A DNA stretch of 64,000 nucleotides from an uncultured delta proteobacterium (GTDB lineage: Bacteria; Myxococcota_A; UBA9160; UBA4427): assembly GCA_963822965.1 (NCBI GenBank), contig CAWGJT010000006.1:800001-864000 (forward strand), read 5' to 3'. The notes beneath the pieces are model-generated. The model had not been told where the DNA came from and ran no database searches. It saw only the letters and a program-made list of their open reading frames with translations. A program made the position numbers and the translations under genes. Of this stretch, positions 41,737 to 51,619 are shown in pieces; positions within the stretch are counted from its first letter, which is position 1, and every line of letters begins with the position of its first letter.

Positions 41737-42504
41737 GTGTCCACCCACCGCGACTTCGAGCGGCTCGCCCGTCCGGGGGTGCGCGACTTCTACGCCCTGA
41801 ACCACGCACACCAGACCGTCGACTTCGTGCTGCAGAAGCGACGCGAGTTCCTGCCCCTGCGGCGACGGCGGATGGGGGTGTGGGAGGCCCTGCGCTACCT
41901 GGGCGAGCTCGTCGACGACAGCGACCCGGACCTCGAGCTGGCCCAGCTCGATCACGCGCTGCAGACCGCGGAATCGCTGCGCGCCGACGGACGCCCGCGT
42001 TGGCTCGTCCTCACCGGCTTCGTCCACGACCTCGGCAAGGTGCTCTGCCTCTTCGGCGAGCCCCAGTGGGCCGTGGTCGGGGACACGTTCCCGGTGGGCT
42101 GCGCGTTCTCGGACCGCATCGTCTTCCCCGAGCTCTTCGCCGCCAACCCGGACGCGGGCGACCCGCTCTACGCGAGCCGGTGTGGGCGCTACGCGCCGGG
42201 CTGCGGCCTCGACGCCGTGCTGCTCTCGTGGGGGCACGACGAGTATCTCTACCACGTGCTGCGCGACCATCTACCGGAAGAGGCGCTGGCCATCGTGCGC
42301 TATCACTCGTTCTACGCCGGGCACCGCGAGCGCGCCTACGAGTTCCTGATGAACGCAGACGACCGGCGCCTCTTCGAGCACGTGCGCGACTTCAACCACT
42401 ACGACCTCTACTCGAAGAGCGAGGCGCGGCCGGACTTCGAAGCGCTGCGCTCCTACTACGAGGACCTGGTGGCGGAGCAATTGCCCGCCGAGCTGCAGTG
42501 GTAG
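41737..42504 (+). CDS. miox: Myo-inositol oxygenase (HD-domain diiron enzyme)
   Basis: [53 protein letters not shown]. Confidence 0.9.
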   Translation: MSTHRDFERLARPGVRDFYALNHAHQTVDFVLQKRREFLPLRRRRMGVWEALRYLGELVDDSDPDLELAQLDHALQTAESLRADGRPRWLVLTGFVHDLGKVLCLFGEPQWAVVGDTFPVGCAFSDRIVFPELFAANPDAGDPLYASRCGRYAPGCGLDAVLLSWGHDEYLYHVLRDHLPEEALAIVRYHSFYAGHRERAYEFLMNADDRRLFEHVRDFNHYDLYSKSEARPDFEALRSYYEDLVAEQLPAELQW

Positions 42505-42511
42505 CGGTGCG

Positions 42512-43990
42512 CTACCGCGGGGCGTCCGGCGCCCGGCGGATGCGCTCGGCGGCGAGCGCCAGGCCCGACAGCAGCGCGTTGCGCAGCTCCCGCGGATCGA
42601 TCACCTCGTCGTAGGCCATCACCCGGGCCATCGCCCAGGGGCCGGCCTCCTGGCGTCGCTCCACCTCGGCCTGGGCGTCGGCGTCGAGCTTCGCCGCGGC
42701 ACCGCCGCTGGCCGCGGGCATGGCGCCGATGGTGAGAGACGGAAACGCCAGCACGATCGTCTGATCGTCGCACGGGTTCTGGGCCATCACCGTCGAGCCG
42801 AATCCGAAGGCCTTGCGGAACGTGACGTGCAGCTTGGGGGCGCGCAGGCGGCGCTGGGCCTTGAACATCTTGCCGCCCCACTTGAGGATGCCTTCCCGCT
42901 CGGCCTTCGTCCCCGCGAGCACACCGGGATTGTCCGCCAGGAACACCACCGGCAGGTGGAAGGCGCCGACCGTCTCGAGGAAGTCCGTCGCCTTGATGGC
43001 GGCCGCGCTGTCCACCGCGCCCGAGCGGACCCAGGGCTCGTTGGCGACGATCGCCACCGCCTGCCCGCCCAGGAAGGCGAGACCGGTGAGCAGCGACGCG
43101 CCGTATCGGGGCTGCACTTCGAAGAAGGAGTCGGCGTCCACCAGCCGCTCGACGACCCGGCGCATGCGATAGGGCTTGCGGGCGTCCAGCGGGATCCAGT
43201 CGAGAAGCTCGTCGAGCAACCGCGGGCCGACGTCGGGGCCTGCCCGGCGCGGCGCCGGCTCGAAGCGGCTCGAGGGCATGTACTCGAGATAGCGGCGGGC
43301 CAGGGCGATGGCGGCCGCGTCGTCCGCGGCCACGTTGTGAACCGTGCCCGCGATCTCGGCGCACACCCGGGGACCGCCCAGCTCCTCCTTGGTGACGTCC
43401 TCGCCGAGGGCCGCCTTCACCAGCGGCGGCCCGCCGGTGAACATGGCGCCCGCCTCGCTCATGACGGTGAAGTCCGAGAGCGGCGACGTGAGGGCCCCGT
43501 GGCCCGCGGAGGCCCCGAGCACCAGGCACACCATCGGCACCTGGCCCGAGCAGTCGGCCAGGGCCAGCAGGTCGCTGGGCGCACGACCGACGGCGCCCGC
43601 CTCGGTCAGCCGATGTCCCGCCCCGTCCAGCAGGAAGACGAGGGGAATGCGCTCCTGCAGGGCGAGCTCGCAGACGCGATGGCGCTTGGCCATCGAACCT
43701 GTGCCGATGGAGCCACCCAGCACCGTGAAGTCCTCGGCGGCGGCCAACACCCGACGGCCGTTGACCAGGCCGTGGCCCGCCACCAGGGCGTCGCACGGCA
43801 CCCGCTCGCCTCCCACGAGGGTGCCCAGCTCGTCGAAGGTGCCGCCGTCGAAGAGCAGCGCCAGCCGCCGGCGCGCGTCGAGCTTCCCGCGCGCGGTCAT
43901 CAGCCGCTCGACCCGTTCCGGGCCGCCCATGGCCCGGCCGGCGGCGCGCCGCCGCTCGAGCGCCGCCAGCACCTGCTTCCAGTCGCTCAT
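42512..43990 (-). CDS. Acyl-CoA carboxylase carboxyltransferase subunit
   Basis: DFTVLGGS, GPPLVKAA, EELGG, DNPG.L.G, RKAFG. Confidence 0.9.
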   Translation of the reverse strand: MSDWKQVLAALERRRAAGRAMGGPERVERLMTARGKLDARRRLALLFDGGTFDELGTLVGGERVPCDALVAGHGLVNGRRVLAAAEDFTVLGGSIGTGSMAKRHRVCELALQERIPLVFLLDGAGHRLTEAGAVGRAPSDLLALADCSGQVPMVCLVLGASAGHGALTSPLSDFTVMSEAGAMFTGGPPLVKAALGEDVTKEELGGPRVCAEIAGTVHNVAADDAAAIALARRYLEYMPSSRFEPAPRRAGPDVGPRLLDELLDWIPLDARKPYRMRRVVERLVDADSFFEVQPRYGASLLTGLAFLGGQAVAIVANEPWVRSGAVDSAAAIKATDFLETVGAFHLPVVFLADNPGVLAGTKAEREGILKWGGKMFKAQRRLRAPKLHVTFRKAFGFGSTVMAQNPCDDQTIVLAFPSLTIGAMPAASGGAAAKLDADAQAEVERRQEAGPWAMARVMAYDEVIDPRELRNALLSGLALAAERIRRAPDAPR

Positions 43991-44015
43991 GCGCGAGACT
44001 CTAGCGTCGGGCGCG

Positions 44016-44862
44016 TCACGCCGTGGGCTCGCTCAGCGGGGCGCCGCAGTCCTGGCAGAAGCGCGCGGTCGCCGAGTGTCCCTCGCTCGTGCAGCGGGGA
44101 CAGCAGCGCGTGGTCGGGACGGTGACGTTGCTGGGCCGACTCGACGATCTCGGCGGTCACGATGCCCGTCGGGACGGCCAGGATGCTGTAGCCCAGGATC
44201 ATGACCAGCGACGCGAGCGCCTTGCCGGCCACGGTCTGGGGCGCCAGGTCGCCGTAGCCGACGGTGGTCATGGTGACGATGGACCAGTAGACCGAGACGG
44301 GAATGCTCGTGAAGCCGTTCCGCTCCCCCTCGATGAGATACATGGCGGCGCCCAGGATCGTGACCAGGACGAGCACCGTCCCGAGGAAGACGATGATCTT
44401 GTGGCGGCTCGCGGCGAGCGCCGCGCGCAGGATGCTGGCCTCGCCCAGGAACTGCCCGAGCTTGAAGACGCGGAAGATGCGCAGGAGCCGCAATCCGCGG
44501 ATCACCAGCAGCGACTGGGCCCCGGGCAGGACGATGCTGAGGTACGTGGGCAGGATCGCCAGCAGGTCGACCACACCGAAGAACGAGCGGGCATAGCGAA
44601 GAGGCTGGCGCACCGAGGCGAGACGAAGCCCGTACTCGACGCTGAAGAGGAGCGTGAACACCCACTCGGCGACGAGCAGGAAACGCCCGTGGGCGACTCG
44701 GATGGTGGGGACGCTCTCGAGCATCACCGCCAGCACGCTCAGCAGGATGGCGAGCAGGAGCGCGACGTCGAAGGCCTTGCCGGCGGGGGTGTCCGCCTCG
44801 AAGATCACGACGCGCAGCCGCTCGCGCCAGCCGGATTGTCCGGGCCCGCTCGTGGTGCTCAT
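44016..44862 (-). CDS. Voltage-gated K+ channel (ion transport family) with C-terminal zinc ribbon; frameshift near 44125
   Basis: S4 RGLRLLRIFRVFK; selectivity filter TMTTVGYGD; CPRC...CQDCG in the shifted frame. Confidence 0.9.
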
Positions 44863-44924
44863 GGCGGAGGAGTCTATTGGGCCTCGCGAGGAGGGCCACC
44901 GCCGGGCGTCTGTCTGCGACCGCT

Positions 44925-45185
44925 TCAGTCTTCGGGGTCGGAGCTCTCGTCGCGCAGGCCCACCGAGGGGCCGCCCAGCTGGTGCTCGATGCGGCTCAGC
45001 TGGCGGTCGCGGGCTCCGGTGGCCGAGCCCTGGATGCGCTCCAGCGGCGACCGCGCGTCGCCGTGGGCCTCTGCGAACCCCGAGAGCGCGCCGCCGAAGG
45101 CACCGGCCGTCCCGTGGGCATAGATCTCGACCCCGACCCAGATGCAGGCGAAGAGGAAGACGAGCGAGACGAGGCGGAACCACAT
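44925..45185 (-). CDS. Small hypothetical membrane-anchored protein
   Basis: Hydrophobic N-terminus MWFRLVSLVFLFACIWVG, then G..GAFGGAL. Confidence 0.5.
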   Translation of the reverse strand: MWFRLVSLVFLFACIWVGVEIYAHGTAGAFGGALSGFAEAHGDARSPLERIQGSATGARDRQLSRIEHQLGGPSVGLRDESSDPED

Positions 45186-45401
45186 GTCCTGCGGCTCGGC
45201 ACCTCGCCCGGAAAACTGGAGGAGCCGCCCTCCTCCCGCTCCTGGTGGCCCTCCCGGCCGGGCTGTGCATCGGATTGCGGAGCCGGCTTCGCGGTGGGCG
45301 GGCAGTCGTGTTATGGGTTGCGTCCGGCGGACCGGGACCCCGTGCGCAGCCCGATCTGCCCGGTCCATTCATCGAGCCCATCCATCGAGAGGAAGCGACG
45401 A

Positions 45402-45926
45402 GTGACGCAAGCGAACGAGTGGCGGCGGTGCAGCGCCTGCAAGAAACCCATCGCTCTCGGCGCCCCCTACTACGTCTGCAGCGTCTCGACCTGCAACCGC
45501 CCGCGCACGGGCCTCGTCTTCTGCGACGTCTCCTGCTGGGAGGTCCACCTGCCCGTCGCCCGGCACCGGGAGGCGTGGGCCGAAGAGGCGATGGCACCCC
45601 GGACCGCCGACGCGCAGGCTCCCGCGCAGGGGAAGACCGGCGCCCCGGCCCGCAACGCAGCGCCCGCGCCCCGGCCTCCGAAGCGAACCCTGGCCCGCCC
45701 CGCCGGGTCGTCGCCGCCGGCGGCCCCGGCCCTGCCGGAAGAGGTCCTGGTCGTGGCCAGCCGCCTCAAGGAGTACGTGCGCGCTCGCGCCGGCATGAAC
45801 ACCTCCGACCGCGTCCTCGAGCCCCTCTCCGAGATCGTCCGATCCGTCTGCGACGAGGCCATCCGCAACGCCGAGAAGGACGGCCGGAAGACCGTCCTCG
45901 ACCGCGACATCCCCCGCCGGCGCTGA
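45402..45926 (+). CDS. Bacterial histone with N-terminal ZZ-type zinc finger (ZZ histone)
   Basis: CSAC...CSVSTC...CDVSCWEVH...H; Pro/Ala-rich linker; EVLVVASRLKEYV...MNTS...DGRKTVLDRDI, resembling Bdellovibrio Bd0055 as I recall it. Confidence 0.88.
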   Translation: MTQANEWRRCSACKKPIALGAPYYVCSVSTCNRPRTGLVFCDVSCWEVHLPVARHREAWAEEAMAPRTADAQAPAQGKTGAPARNAAPAPRPPKRTLARPAGSSPPAAPALPEEVLVVASRLKEYVRARAGMNTSDRVLEPLSEIVRSVCDEAIRNAEKDGRKTVLDRDIPRRR

Positions 45927-45978
45927 GTCGGCGGGCGGACACGTCGCGCGGCGCGCCAACCCCGAGTGAGGAGACCCC

Positions 45979-46755
45979 ATGGCCAGCCCTTCCGAGCGAA
46001 TCCCGCAGCTCGACGGACGCAACGCCGGGTCGCGCCGTCTGCGCACGCCGGCCGAGATCCGGGCGCGCCGCAAGCGCGACGTGGCGCTGGGCTACCGCCT
46101 CTTCGCCGCCCAGCGCTGGGGAGACCTGGGCGACGGTCACATCAGCGCCCGGGACCCAGAGCGCACGGACTGCTTCTGGATGCTGCGCTACGGCATCTCG
46201 TACCACCGCGCGACCGTCGCCGACCTGGTGCTGGTGGGGCCCGAGGGCCACCTGGTGGAAGGCGAGGGACCCATCAACGTCGCCGCCTACTACATCCACT
46301 GGCCGATCCTGGCTGCGCGCACCGAGGCCGTGAGCGCCGCGCACGTCCACACGGGCTGGGGCACCCCCTTCTGCGCCGAGGTGCGGCCCATCCTGCCCAT
46401 CACCCAGGAGTCGTGCATCTTCTTCGAGGACCACGCGATCTTCGACGACGAAGAGGTGCAGATCCAGGACACCGAGGGGGGGCGTCGCATCGCCCGGGCC
46501 CTGGGAACGAACCGCGCCGTGCTGCTGCGCAACCACGGCCTGCTCACCGTGGGCGAGAGCGTCGCCGAGGCGGTGGGGTGCTTCGTGCACCTCGAGCGCG
46601 TCGCCGAGGCCCACATGAAGGCCCGCGATGCGAAGCCGATCTCGGCGGAGGCGGCCCGCTACGCGAAGCAGGACCTGGTGCGCTACGGCGCCGGCCGCGC
46701 CGCCTTCCGGTCGCTGGTGGAGCGACACGTGGGAGACCCCGCGATCGTGGAGTGA
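45979..46755 (+). CDS. Class II aldolase/adducin family protein
   Basis: GHISARDP, IH..I, AHVHT, LRNHGLLT. Confidence 0.9.
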   Translation: MASPSERIPQLDGRNAGSRRLRTPAEIRARRKRDVALGYRLFAAQRWGDLGDGHISARDPERTDCFWMLRYGISYHRATVADLVLVGPEGHLVEGEGPINVAAYYIHWPILAARTEAVSAAHVHTGWGTPFCAEVRPILPITQESCIFFEDHAIFDDEEVQIQDTEGGRRIARALGTNRAVLLRNHGLLTVGESVAEAVGCFVHLERVAEAHMKARDAKPISAEAARYAKQDLVRYGAGRAAFRSLVERHVGDPAIVE

Positions 46756-46786
46756 GGCCGCCCGCGCTGCCGTCTCCCGTGCGCGC

Positions 46787-47779
46787 TCAGCGCCTGCGCG
46801 CCGCTGCGAGCGCGCCGACGACCGCGAGGAGGAGCCCGGTGCCGGCCACTCCCAGACCCGAGAGCGCCGGGACCGCCGGACCCGAGCCCGGCACCACGTA
46901 CGGATAGGCGAAGACCACGAAGCGCTCGAAGACGGTCTCGCCCGGCGCCACTTCGTCGCTGAAGATGTCGATGTTCGTATGCCCCTTGCCGGGGAATACG
47001 TGGAGCTCGACGGGGAGCCCTGCGGCCAGCGCCTGGTCGCGCAACGCGTAGGCGCCCGAGACGGGCACCGTCGCGTCCGCGTCGCCGTGGGACAGGAAGA
47101 GCGCCGCGTCGGTCCCCGACACGACGGGCGTCAGCGTCTCGAAGGCACCCGACATGTTGAACGTGACCCGCGGCGGCGCCGGCAACACCACGCCCGCCTC
47201 GTCGGACACGTAGCCGACCAGCTCCGTGAGCACGCCTCCGGCCGAGTAGCCCGCGAGCGCCATGCGACCCGGGTCGATCCCGAGCGGGGCGGCGTCGTCC
47301 ACCAGCCACTGCATGGCCGCCACGGTGTCCTCGTAGGCCGCGGCGATGGCGGTCGCGAGCCCCGGATCGGCCAGGGCGACGAGGCCCTCGAGGGTCTGGT
47401 ACTCCGGGCCCACGACGGGATCGTCCCCCTGGAGGCGATACTCGATGGACACGCAGGTGTAGCCGCGGCGCGCCATCCGCTCGCACAGGCCGAGCATCGT
47501 CCCGGAGAAGCGGCTCCCGCCGGTGAAGCCGCCCCCGTGGATCGCCACGACGACCGGCCGCGACGCCGGAACGCCTGGCCCCGAAGGCTGGTAGAGCTGG
47601 AGGTGAAGCTCGCGGTCGACGGGCGGGCTCCCGACGGGCTTCGTGGCGTACACGACCGAGCTCGTGAGTGTGAAGCCGAACTGCTCGTCCAGGTACAGGG
47701 TCTGGGCGGCGCCGGGTGCGCCGGAGAGCACGGTCACCGACACCGCCAGGAGGAGCGTCAGAACGGGACGAACAGCCAT
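46787..47779 (-). CDS. Secreted alpha/beta hydrolase (esterase) with IPTL-CTERM-like anchor
   Basis: HGGGF, GYSAG, HGDADATVP, GH; ends VPALSGLG...LAAARRR. Confidence 0.85.
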   Translation of the reverse strand: MAVRPVLTLLLAVSVTVLSGAPGAAQTLYLDEQFGFTLTSSVVYATKPVGSPPVDRELHLQLYQPSGPGVPASRPVVVAIHGGGFTGGSRFSGTMLGLCERMARRGYTCVSIEYRLQGDDPVVGPEYQTLEGLVALADPGLATAIAAAYEDTVAAMQWLVDDAAPLGIDPGRMALAGYSAGGVLTELVGYVSDEAGVVLPAPPRVTFNMSGAFETLTPVVSGTDAALFLSHGDADATVPVSGAYALRDQALAAGLPVELHVFPGKGHTNIDIFSDEVAPGETVFERFVVFAYPYVVPGSGPAVPALSGLGVAGTGLLLAVVGALAAARRR

Positions 47780-47908
47780 CCAGCGATTCTCGCACGAAGC
47801 GGCCGCCCGGGTGGGGACGGAAGCGATGCGCCGCCGGGCGTGCCGTTTGTGATACAAGAGACGGTGGGCGAGACGCCCCGGGGCGCGAGCGAGGAGCCAC
47901 GAGCGAAG

Positions 47909-49108
47909 ATGTCACGATCGAAGCTGTCGGACGACCTCACGCGGCGGGACTTCCTGCGCACGAGCGGGTGGCTGGGCGCCCAGGCGGTCGTGGGCTCGTC
48001 CCTCTTCGCGCTCGCCTGCGACGTCTCGTTCTTCGGCCCCCTCCAGGAGCCGGACGAGAACGGGATCCGCCTGCCGAGCGGGTTTCGCTCCCGGGTGCTG
48101 GCCCGCAGCGGCGAGCCCGTCGCCGGCACGGACCACGTCTGGCACACCGCGCCCGACGGCGGCGCCGTCTTCCCCACCCGGCACGGCTGGATCTACGTGT
48201 CCAACTCCGAGCAGAGCCCGGGAGGCGGCGTCGGCGCCCTGCGCTTCGACCGGGCGGGCCGGGTGCGGGACGCCTACCCGATCTGCGCCGGCACCCGCCG
48301 CAACTGCGCGGGCGGGGCCACGCCCTGGGGTACCTGGCTCTCGTGCGAGGAGGTGGCGACGGGCCTCGTCTACGAGTGCGATCCCGAAGGCGTCCTGCCG
48401 CAGCAGGCCCGACCCGCGCTCGGCGCCTTCAACCATGAGGCGGTCGCCGTCGATCCCGCCGACGGGCGCCTCTACCTGACCGAGGACCGGCCCGACGGGC
48501 GTCTCTACCGCTTCACACCCAACGCCCGGGACAACCTGGAGTCGGGACTGCTCGAGGTGGCCCAGGTCGTCCCGGGCTTCTACGTCGTCTGGCATCCCGT
48601 TCCCGATCCGAACCCCGGCCCGGGCGACGTTCCCACCCGCCGGCAGGTGCCGGCCAGCACGCCCTTCCGGGGCGGCGAGGGCATCGTCCACGACGCCGGG
48701 CACGTCTACTTCACGACCAAGCACGACGACCGGGTGTGGGACCTCGACCTGCGCGCCCAGCACCTGCGCGTGGTCTACTACCGCGCCAACGATCCCCTGC
48801 AGCAGCTCGGCGGCGTCGACAACGTGACCGTCACGCCCGGCGGCGATCTCGTGGTCGCCGAGGACGGCGGCAACATGGAGCTCGTCCTGTTGACGCTGGA
48901 GGGTGTCGGCCTTCCGCTCCTGCGGGTCATCGGCCAGGACCGGTCCGAGCTGACGGGCCCGGCCTTCGATCCCCACGGCATGCGTCTCTACTTCAGCTCC
49001 CAGCGCGGGAGCGACGGGCGCGGCATCACCTACGAGGTGCGGGGCCCCTTTCCGTCCATGCGCCGCAACGCGCTCCGGCACGAGGCTGTGGAGGCACCCG
49101 GGGCCTAG
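47909..49108 (+). CDS. PhoX-like (DUF839) alkaline phosphatase, Tat-exported
   Basis: TRRDFL Tat signal; NCAGG.TPWGTWLSCEE, FNHEA, TED, DN, ELTGP. Confidence 0.85.
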   Translation: MSRSKLSDDLTRRDFLRTSGWLGAQAVVGSSLFALACDVSFFGPLQEPDENGIRLPSGFRSRVLARSGEPVAGTDHVWHTAPDGGAVFPTRHGWIYVSNSEQSPGGGVGALRFDRAGRVRDAYPICAGTRRNCAGGATPWGTWLSCEEVATGLVYECDPEGVLPQQARPALGAFNHEAVAVDPADGRLYLTEDRPDGRLYRFTPNARDNLESGLLEVAQVVPGFYVVWHPVPDPNPGPGDVPTRRQVPASTPFRGGEGIVHDAGHVYFTTKHDDRVWDLDLRAQHLRVVYYRANDPLQQLGGVDNVTVTPGGDLVVAEDGGNMELVLLTLEGVGLPLLRVIGQDRSELTGPAFDPHGMRLYFSSQRGSDGRGITYEVRGPFPSMRRNALRHEAVEAPGA

Positions 49109-49120
49109 AGGAGACGACAT

Positions 49121-49744
49121 ATGTCCGGGAAGCGGTCGGCCGCAACGCTCGTCGTGCTGATCTTCGCCGCGGCGTTCTCCGCGCTTCCCGCCGCCGCGGA
49201 CGGGGCGGCGGACGCGGAGACCGGAACCGCGCGAACGGGCCTGTACGCCGGGGTCGGCGTCCAGGGCGGCGTCTACACCGAGTTCGACGACGAGCTGAAG
49301 GACAACATCCCGGGCTTCGACTTCGACACGGACCCCGCCGTCGGCTTCGACGTCTTCGCGGGCTACCGCGTCCACCGCTACGTGGCCGCGGAGCTGGAGT
49401 TCGAGATGCTGCCTGCGACCGACACGGACGTCTCGGGCCTGGGCAAGATCGGCACCCTCGAGACCTGGACAGTCACGACCAATCTGAAGCTCCTGCCCCT
49501 GGCCGGTCGCGTGCAGCCCTTCGCGCTCGCCGGCATCGGCGCCCTCCACGCCAAGGTATCGGCCAGCGGCAGCCCGGCCGACGAGTCGGACGCGGACTTC
49601 GCGGCCCGCTTCGGCGGGGGCGTCGACGTCTACGTGACCGACCACATCGTGGTGTGGGCCCGGAGCACCTACGTGCTCCCGACGGGGAGCGTGGACTTCG
49701 TCGACTACGTGGACTTCGGCGGCGGCCTCCAGTACCGCTTCTGA
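49121..49744 (+). CDS. Outer-membrane beta-barrel protein (paralog of 15468-16082)
   Basis: Signal peptide; shares GRV.P..AGIG and LPTGSV...FGGG motifs; ends YRF. Confidence 0.85.
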   Translation: MSGKRSAATLVVLIFAAAFSALPAAADGAADAETGTARTGLYAGVGVQGGVYTEFDDELKDNIPGFDFDTDPAVGFDVFAGYRVHRYVAAELEFEMLPATDTDVSGLGKIGTLETWTVTTNLKLLPLAGRVQPFALAGIGALHAKVSASGSPADESDADFAARFGGGVDVYVTDHIVVWARSTYVLPTGSVDFVDYVDFGGGLQYRF

Positions 49745-50619
49745 GGGCGTCCCGGGGCGACGCGCGCCGCCTCCCGGGCGGCGATCTCCGCGTCGTCGGC
49801 CTCGAGCGAGTTGACGTAGCCGTCCGCGAGCGACTTCTCCGGGTGCCGACCCGCGAGCTGCCCCATGAACGGCGGGTGGATCGAGTAGCCGATCAGCTGG
49901 CGCAGGCGCGGCGACATGGCCCGCACGCGCTCGCGCGGGATCGACACCATGAAGTTCTCCTGCTGGCGCGCCCAGGGCTCGCAGTACTGGTGGCTGAACG
50001 CACGCCGCGGCAGCTGGGAACGGTTGGCCCCGCCCCGGTGGAGCAGGGTACCCGCGAAGACGACCAGCGACCCGGCCTCCATCTCGATGGGAACGAGCTG
50101 GGACACGAGCGACTCGTCCTGGGGGGCGTCGGGGTCGATCTTGTAGGCCGTCGCCACCTGCTCGTCGCTCCAGGCATGGCTTCCCGGGATCACCTCCGTG
50201 CCGCCGTTGGCCGCCGTGAAGTCGTCGAGCGCCCAGATCGTCGAGACGCTCACCGCGGGCCGCGGCCGCGGCAGCGTGTAGAACGTGTCGTCGAAGTGCA
50301 CGGGCTGGGGGGTCTCCCCCGGCCCGATGCAGATGGCCTGGCTGGCGGTGAGCAGGTAGCCCGGGTGCAGCAGCGCATCGAGCAGCTCGAGGACGGCCGG
50401 GTGCTCCGCGCTGCGCTCGAAGACGGCCCCGCGCCCCACCAGGGAGTAGACCCGCTGGGTCCGCTCCCCTTCGAAGTTGTTTCGTCCCCGCAGCTCGAGC
50501 TCGAGGTAGGGCTGCAAGGCCGCTCGCATCGCGTCGACCTGGGAAGCGTCCAGCACGTCGCGCAGGACGACGAAGCCGTGTTCCCGATACTGCTGGAGGA
50601 GCTGCTCGCTGGCGCCCAT
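49705..50619 (-). CDS. Phytanoyl-CoA dioxygenase (PhyH) family protein
   Basis: HFDD (HxD), NGGT.VIPGSH, LHRGGAN. Confidence 0.9.
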   Translation of the reverse strand: MGASEQLLQQYREHGFVVLRDVLDASQVDAMRAALQPYLELELRGRNNFEGERTQRVYSLVGRGAVFERSAEHPAVLELLDALLHPGYLLTASQAICIGPGETPQPVHFDDTFYTLPRPRPAVSVSTIWALDDFTAANGGTEVIPGSHAWSDEQVATAYKIDPDAPQDESLVSQLVPIEMEAGSLVVFAGTLLHRGGANRSQLPRRAFSHQYCEPWARQQENFMVSIPRERVRAMSPRLRQLIGYSIHPPFMGQLAGRHPEKSLADGYVNSLEADDAEIAAREAARVAPGRPQKRYWRPPPKST

Positions 50620-50699
50620 GACACGATGTCTCCGACGGTCTGCGATCCACGATAGCGGGCCCCGCGGGCCGCACCATTCGTCGGCAACCGACACCGCAA

Positions 50700-50865
50700 A
50701 CGGGGGCGATCCGCTCCTCGCGGGCAGCACCGACCCGAGCTACGACTTCGACGGCGACGGCGTGGTCGGCCTCGACGACGTCCTCCGGCTCCGCAGCGAC
50801 ACCATCCTTCGCGTGGACCCGGGCTCCTCCGGCCTGGCCTGGGCGGGAACCGCTCCCTGCCCGCA
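50700..50865 (+). pseudogene. Remnant of a dockerin/EF-hand C-terminal module
   Basis: YDFDGDGVVGLDD...PGSSGLAWAGTAPCP with no credible start or signal peptide. Confidence 0.5.
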
Positions 50866-50903
50866 GCGTCGGGATCCGGCCGGCCGAGTGGTCACAAAAC
50901 GTC

Positions 50904-51431
50904 TCAGAAGTGGAAGCCGAACGCGGCTCCGTAGATCACGGCGTCCTTTCCGGTGCTGTAGTCGTAGTGGACCTGCGGCGTGAAGACGAACGCCCCGATC
51001 TCGAACTCGTAGAGGAGGCCCGCGCGGTAGACGAACTCCCTCTTGTCGGTCTTCCTCGTCCCGCCAGGCTCTTCCTCCTCCTCCCTCACGAATTCGACCC
51101 CCGGTCCCGTCTGGATGCCGAGTCCCCGCCAGAGGTGGAGGTCCACGACCCCGAGGAGCGTCACGGCATCGATGTCGTCGGTGGCGTACTCGACCACCGC
51201 CCCGACCCCGACGAAGTCGTGGATCCGATGCTCGTAGTCGAGTCCGACCGTGAAGACGTCCTCGTCCTCATCGGATGTCCCCGCCAGGATCAACGACACC
51301 GTGCTCGGCTTCGCGCGCCATCCCTCTTCGTGGGCCTCCTCGGCCGATGCGATTCCGGGCGCGGCGAGGAGCACCGCCGCGAGCAGCAGACGCCACCCCA
51401 AACGAGGAAACGAGGGACACGTTGAGCCCAA
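50904..51431 (-). CDS. Putative outer-membrane beta-barrel protein
   Basis: Signal peptide; amphipathic strands; terminal Phe (FGFHF); start uncertain. Confidence 0.7.
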   Translation of the reverse strand: MGSTCPSFPRLGWRLLLAAVLLAAPGIASAEEAHEEGWRAKPSTVSLILAGTSDEDEDVFTVGLDYEHRIHDFVGVGAVVEYATDDIDAVTLLGVVDLHLWRGLGIQTGPGVEFVREEEEEPGGTRKTDKREFVYRAGLLYEFEIGAFVFTPQVHYDYSTGKDAVIYGAAFGFHF

Positions 51432-51619
51432 TGACGGCACCTCCCAGCGAGCATCGCGCGAGTCCGCTGCCCGATCGAGGAGGCTAGGATCGATCGATCG
51501 CCGGGCGGCCGCAACTCGACGAAGGATGGAGGCGCCGGGGAACGATTCGGCGACCCGCCGAGCGCAGCCGATCGAGCTCGGCCGCTGGCTGCACGTCGCC
51601 GGACGGCGACTCGCGGCCG

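Noticed and set aside
37789..42270. 1493-aa antisense ORF and other long Arg/Gly/Pro-rich overlapping ORFs across the window
   Set aside because: Shadow ORFs expected from high GC and codon bias; no recognisable motifs.
37813..42504. 1563-aa PQQ-propeller/MIOX fusion in the ORF track
   Set aside because: A frameshift at the poly-C near 41025 hides the real stop at 41117. The intervening frame is the off-frame reading of the PEP-CTERM gene, and MIOX has its own start.
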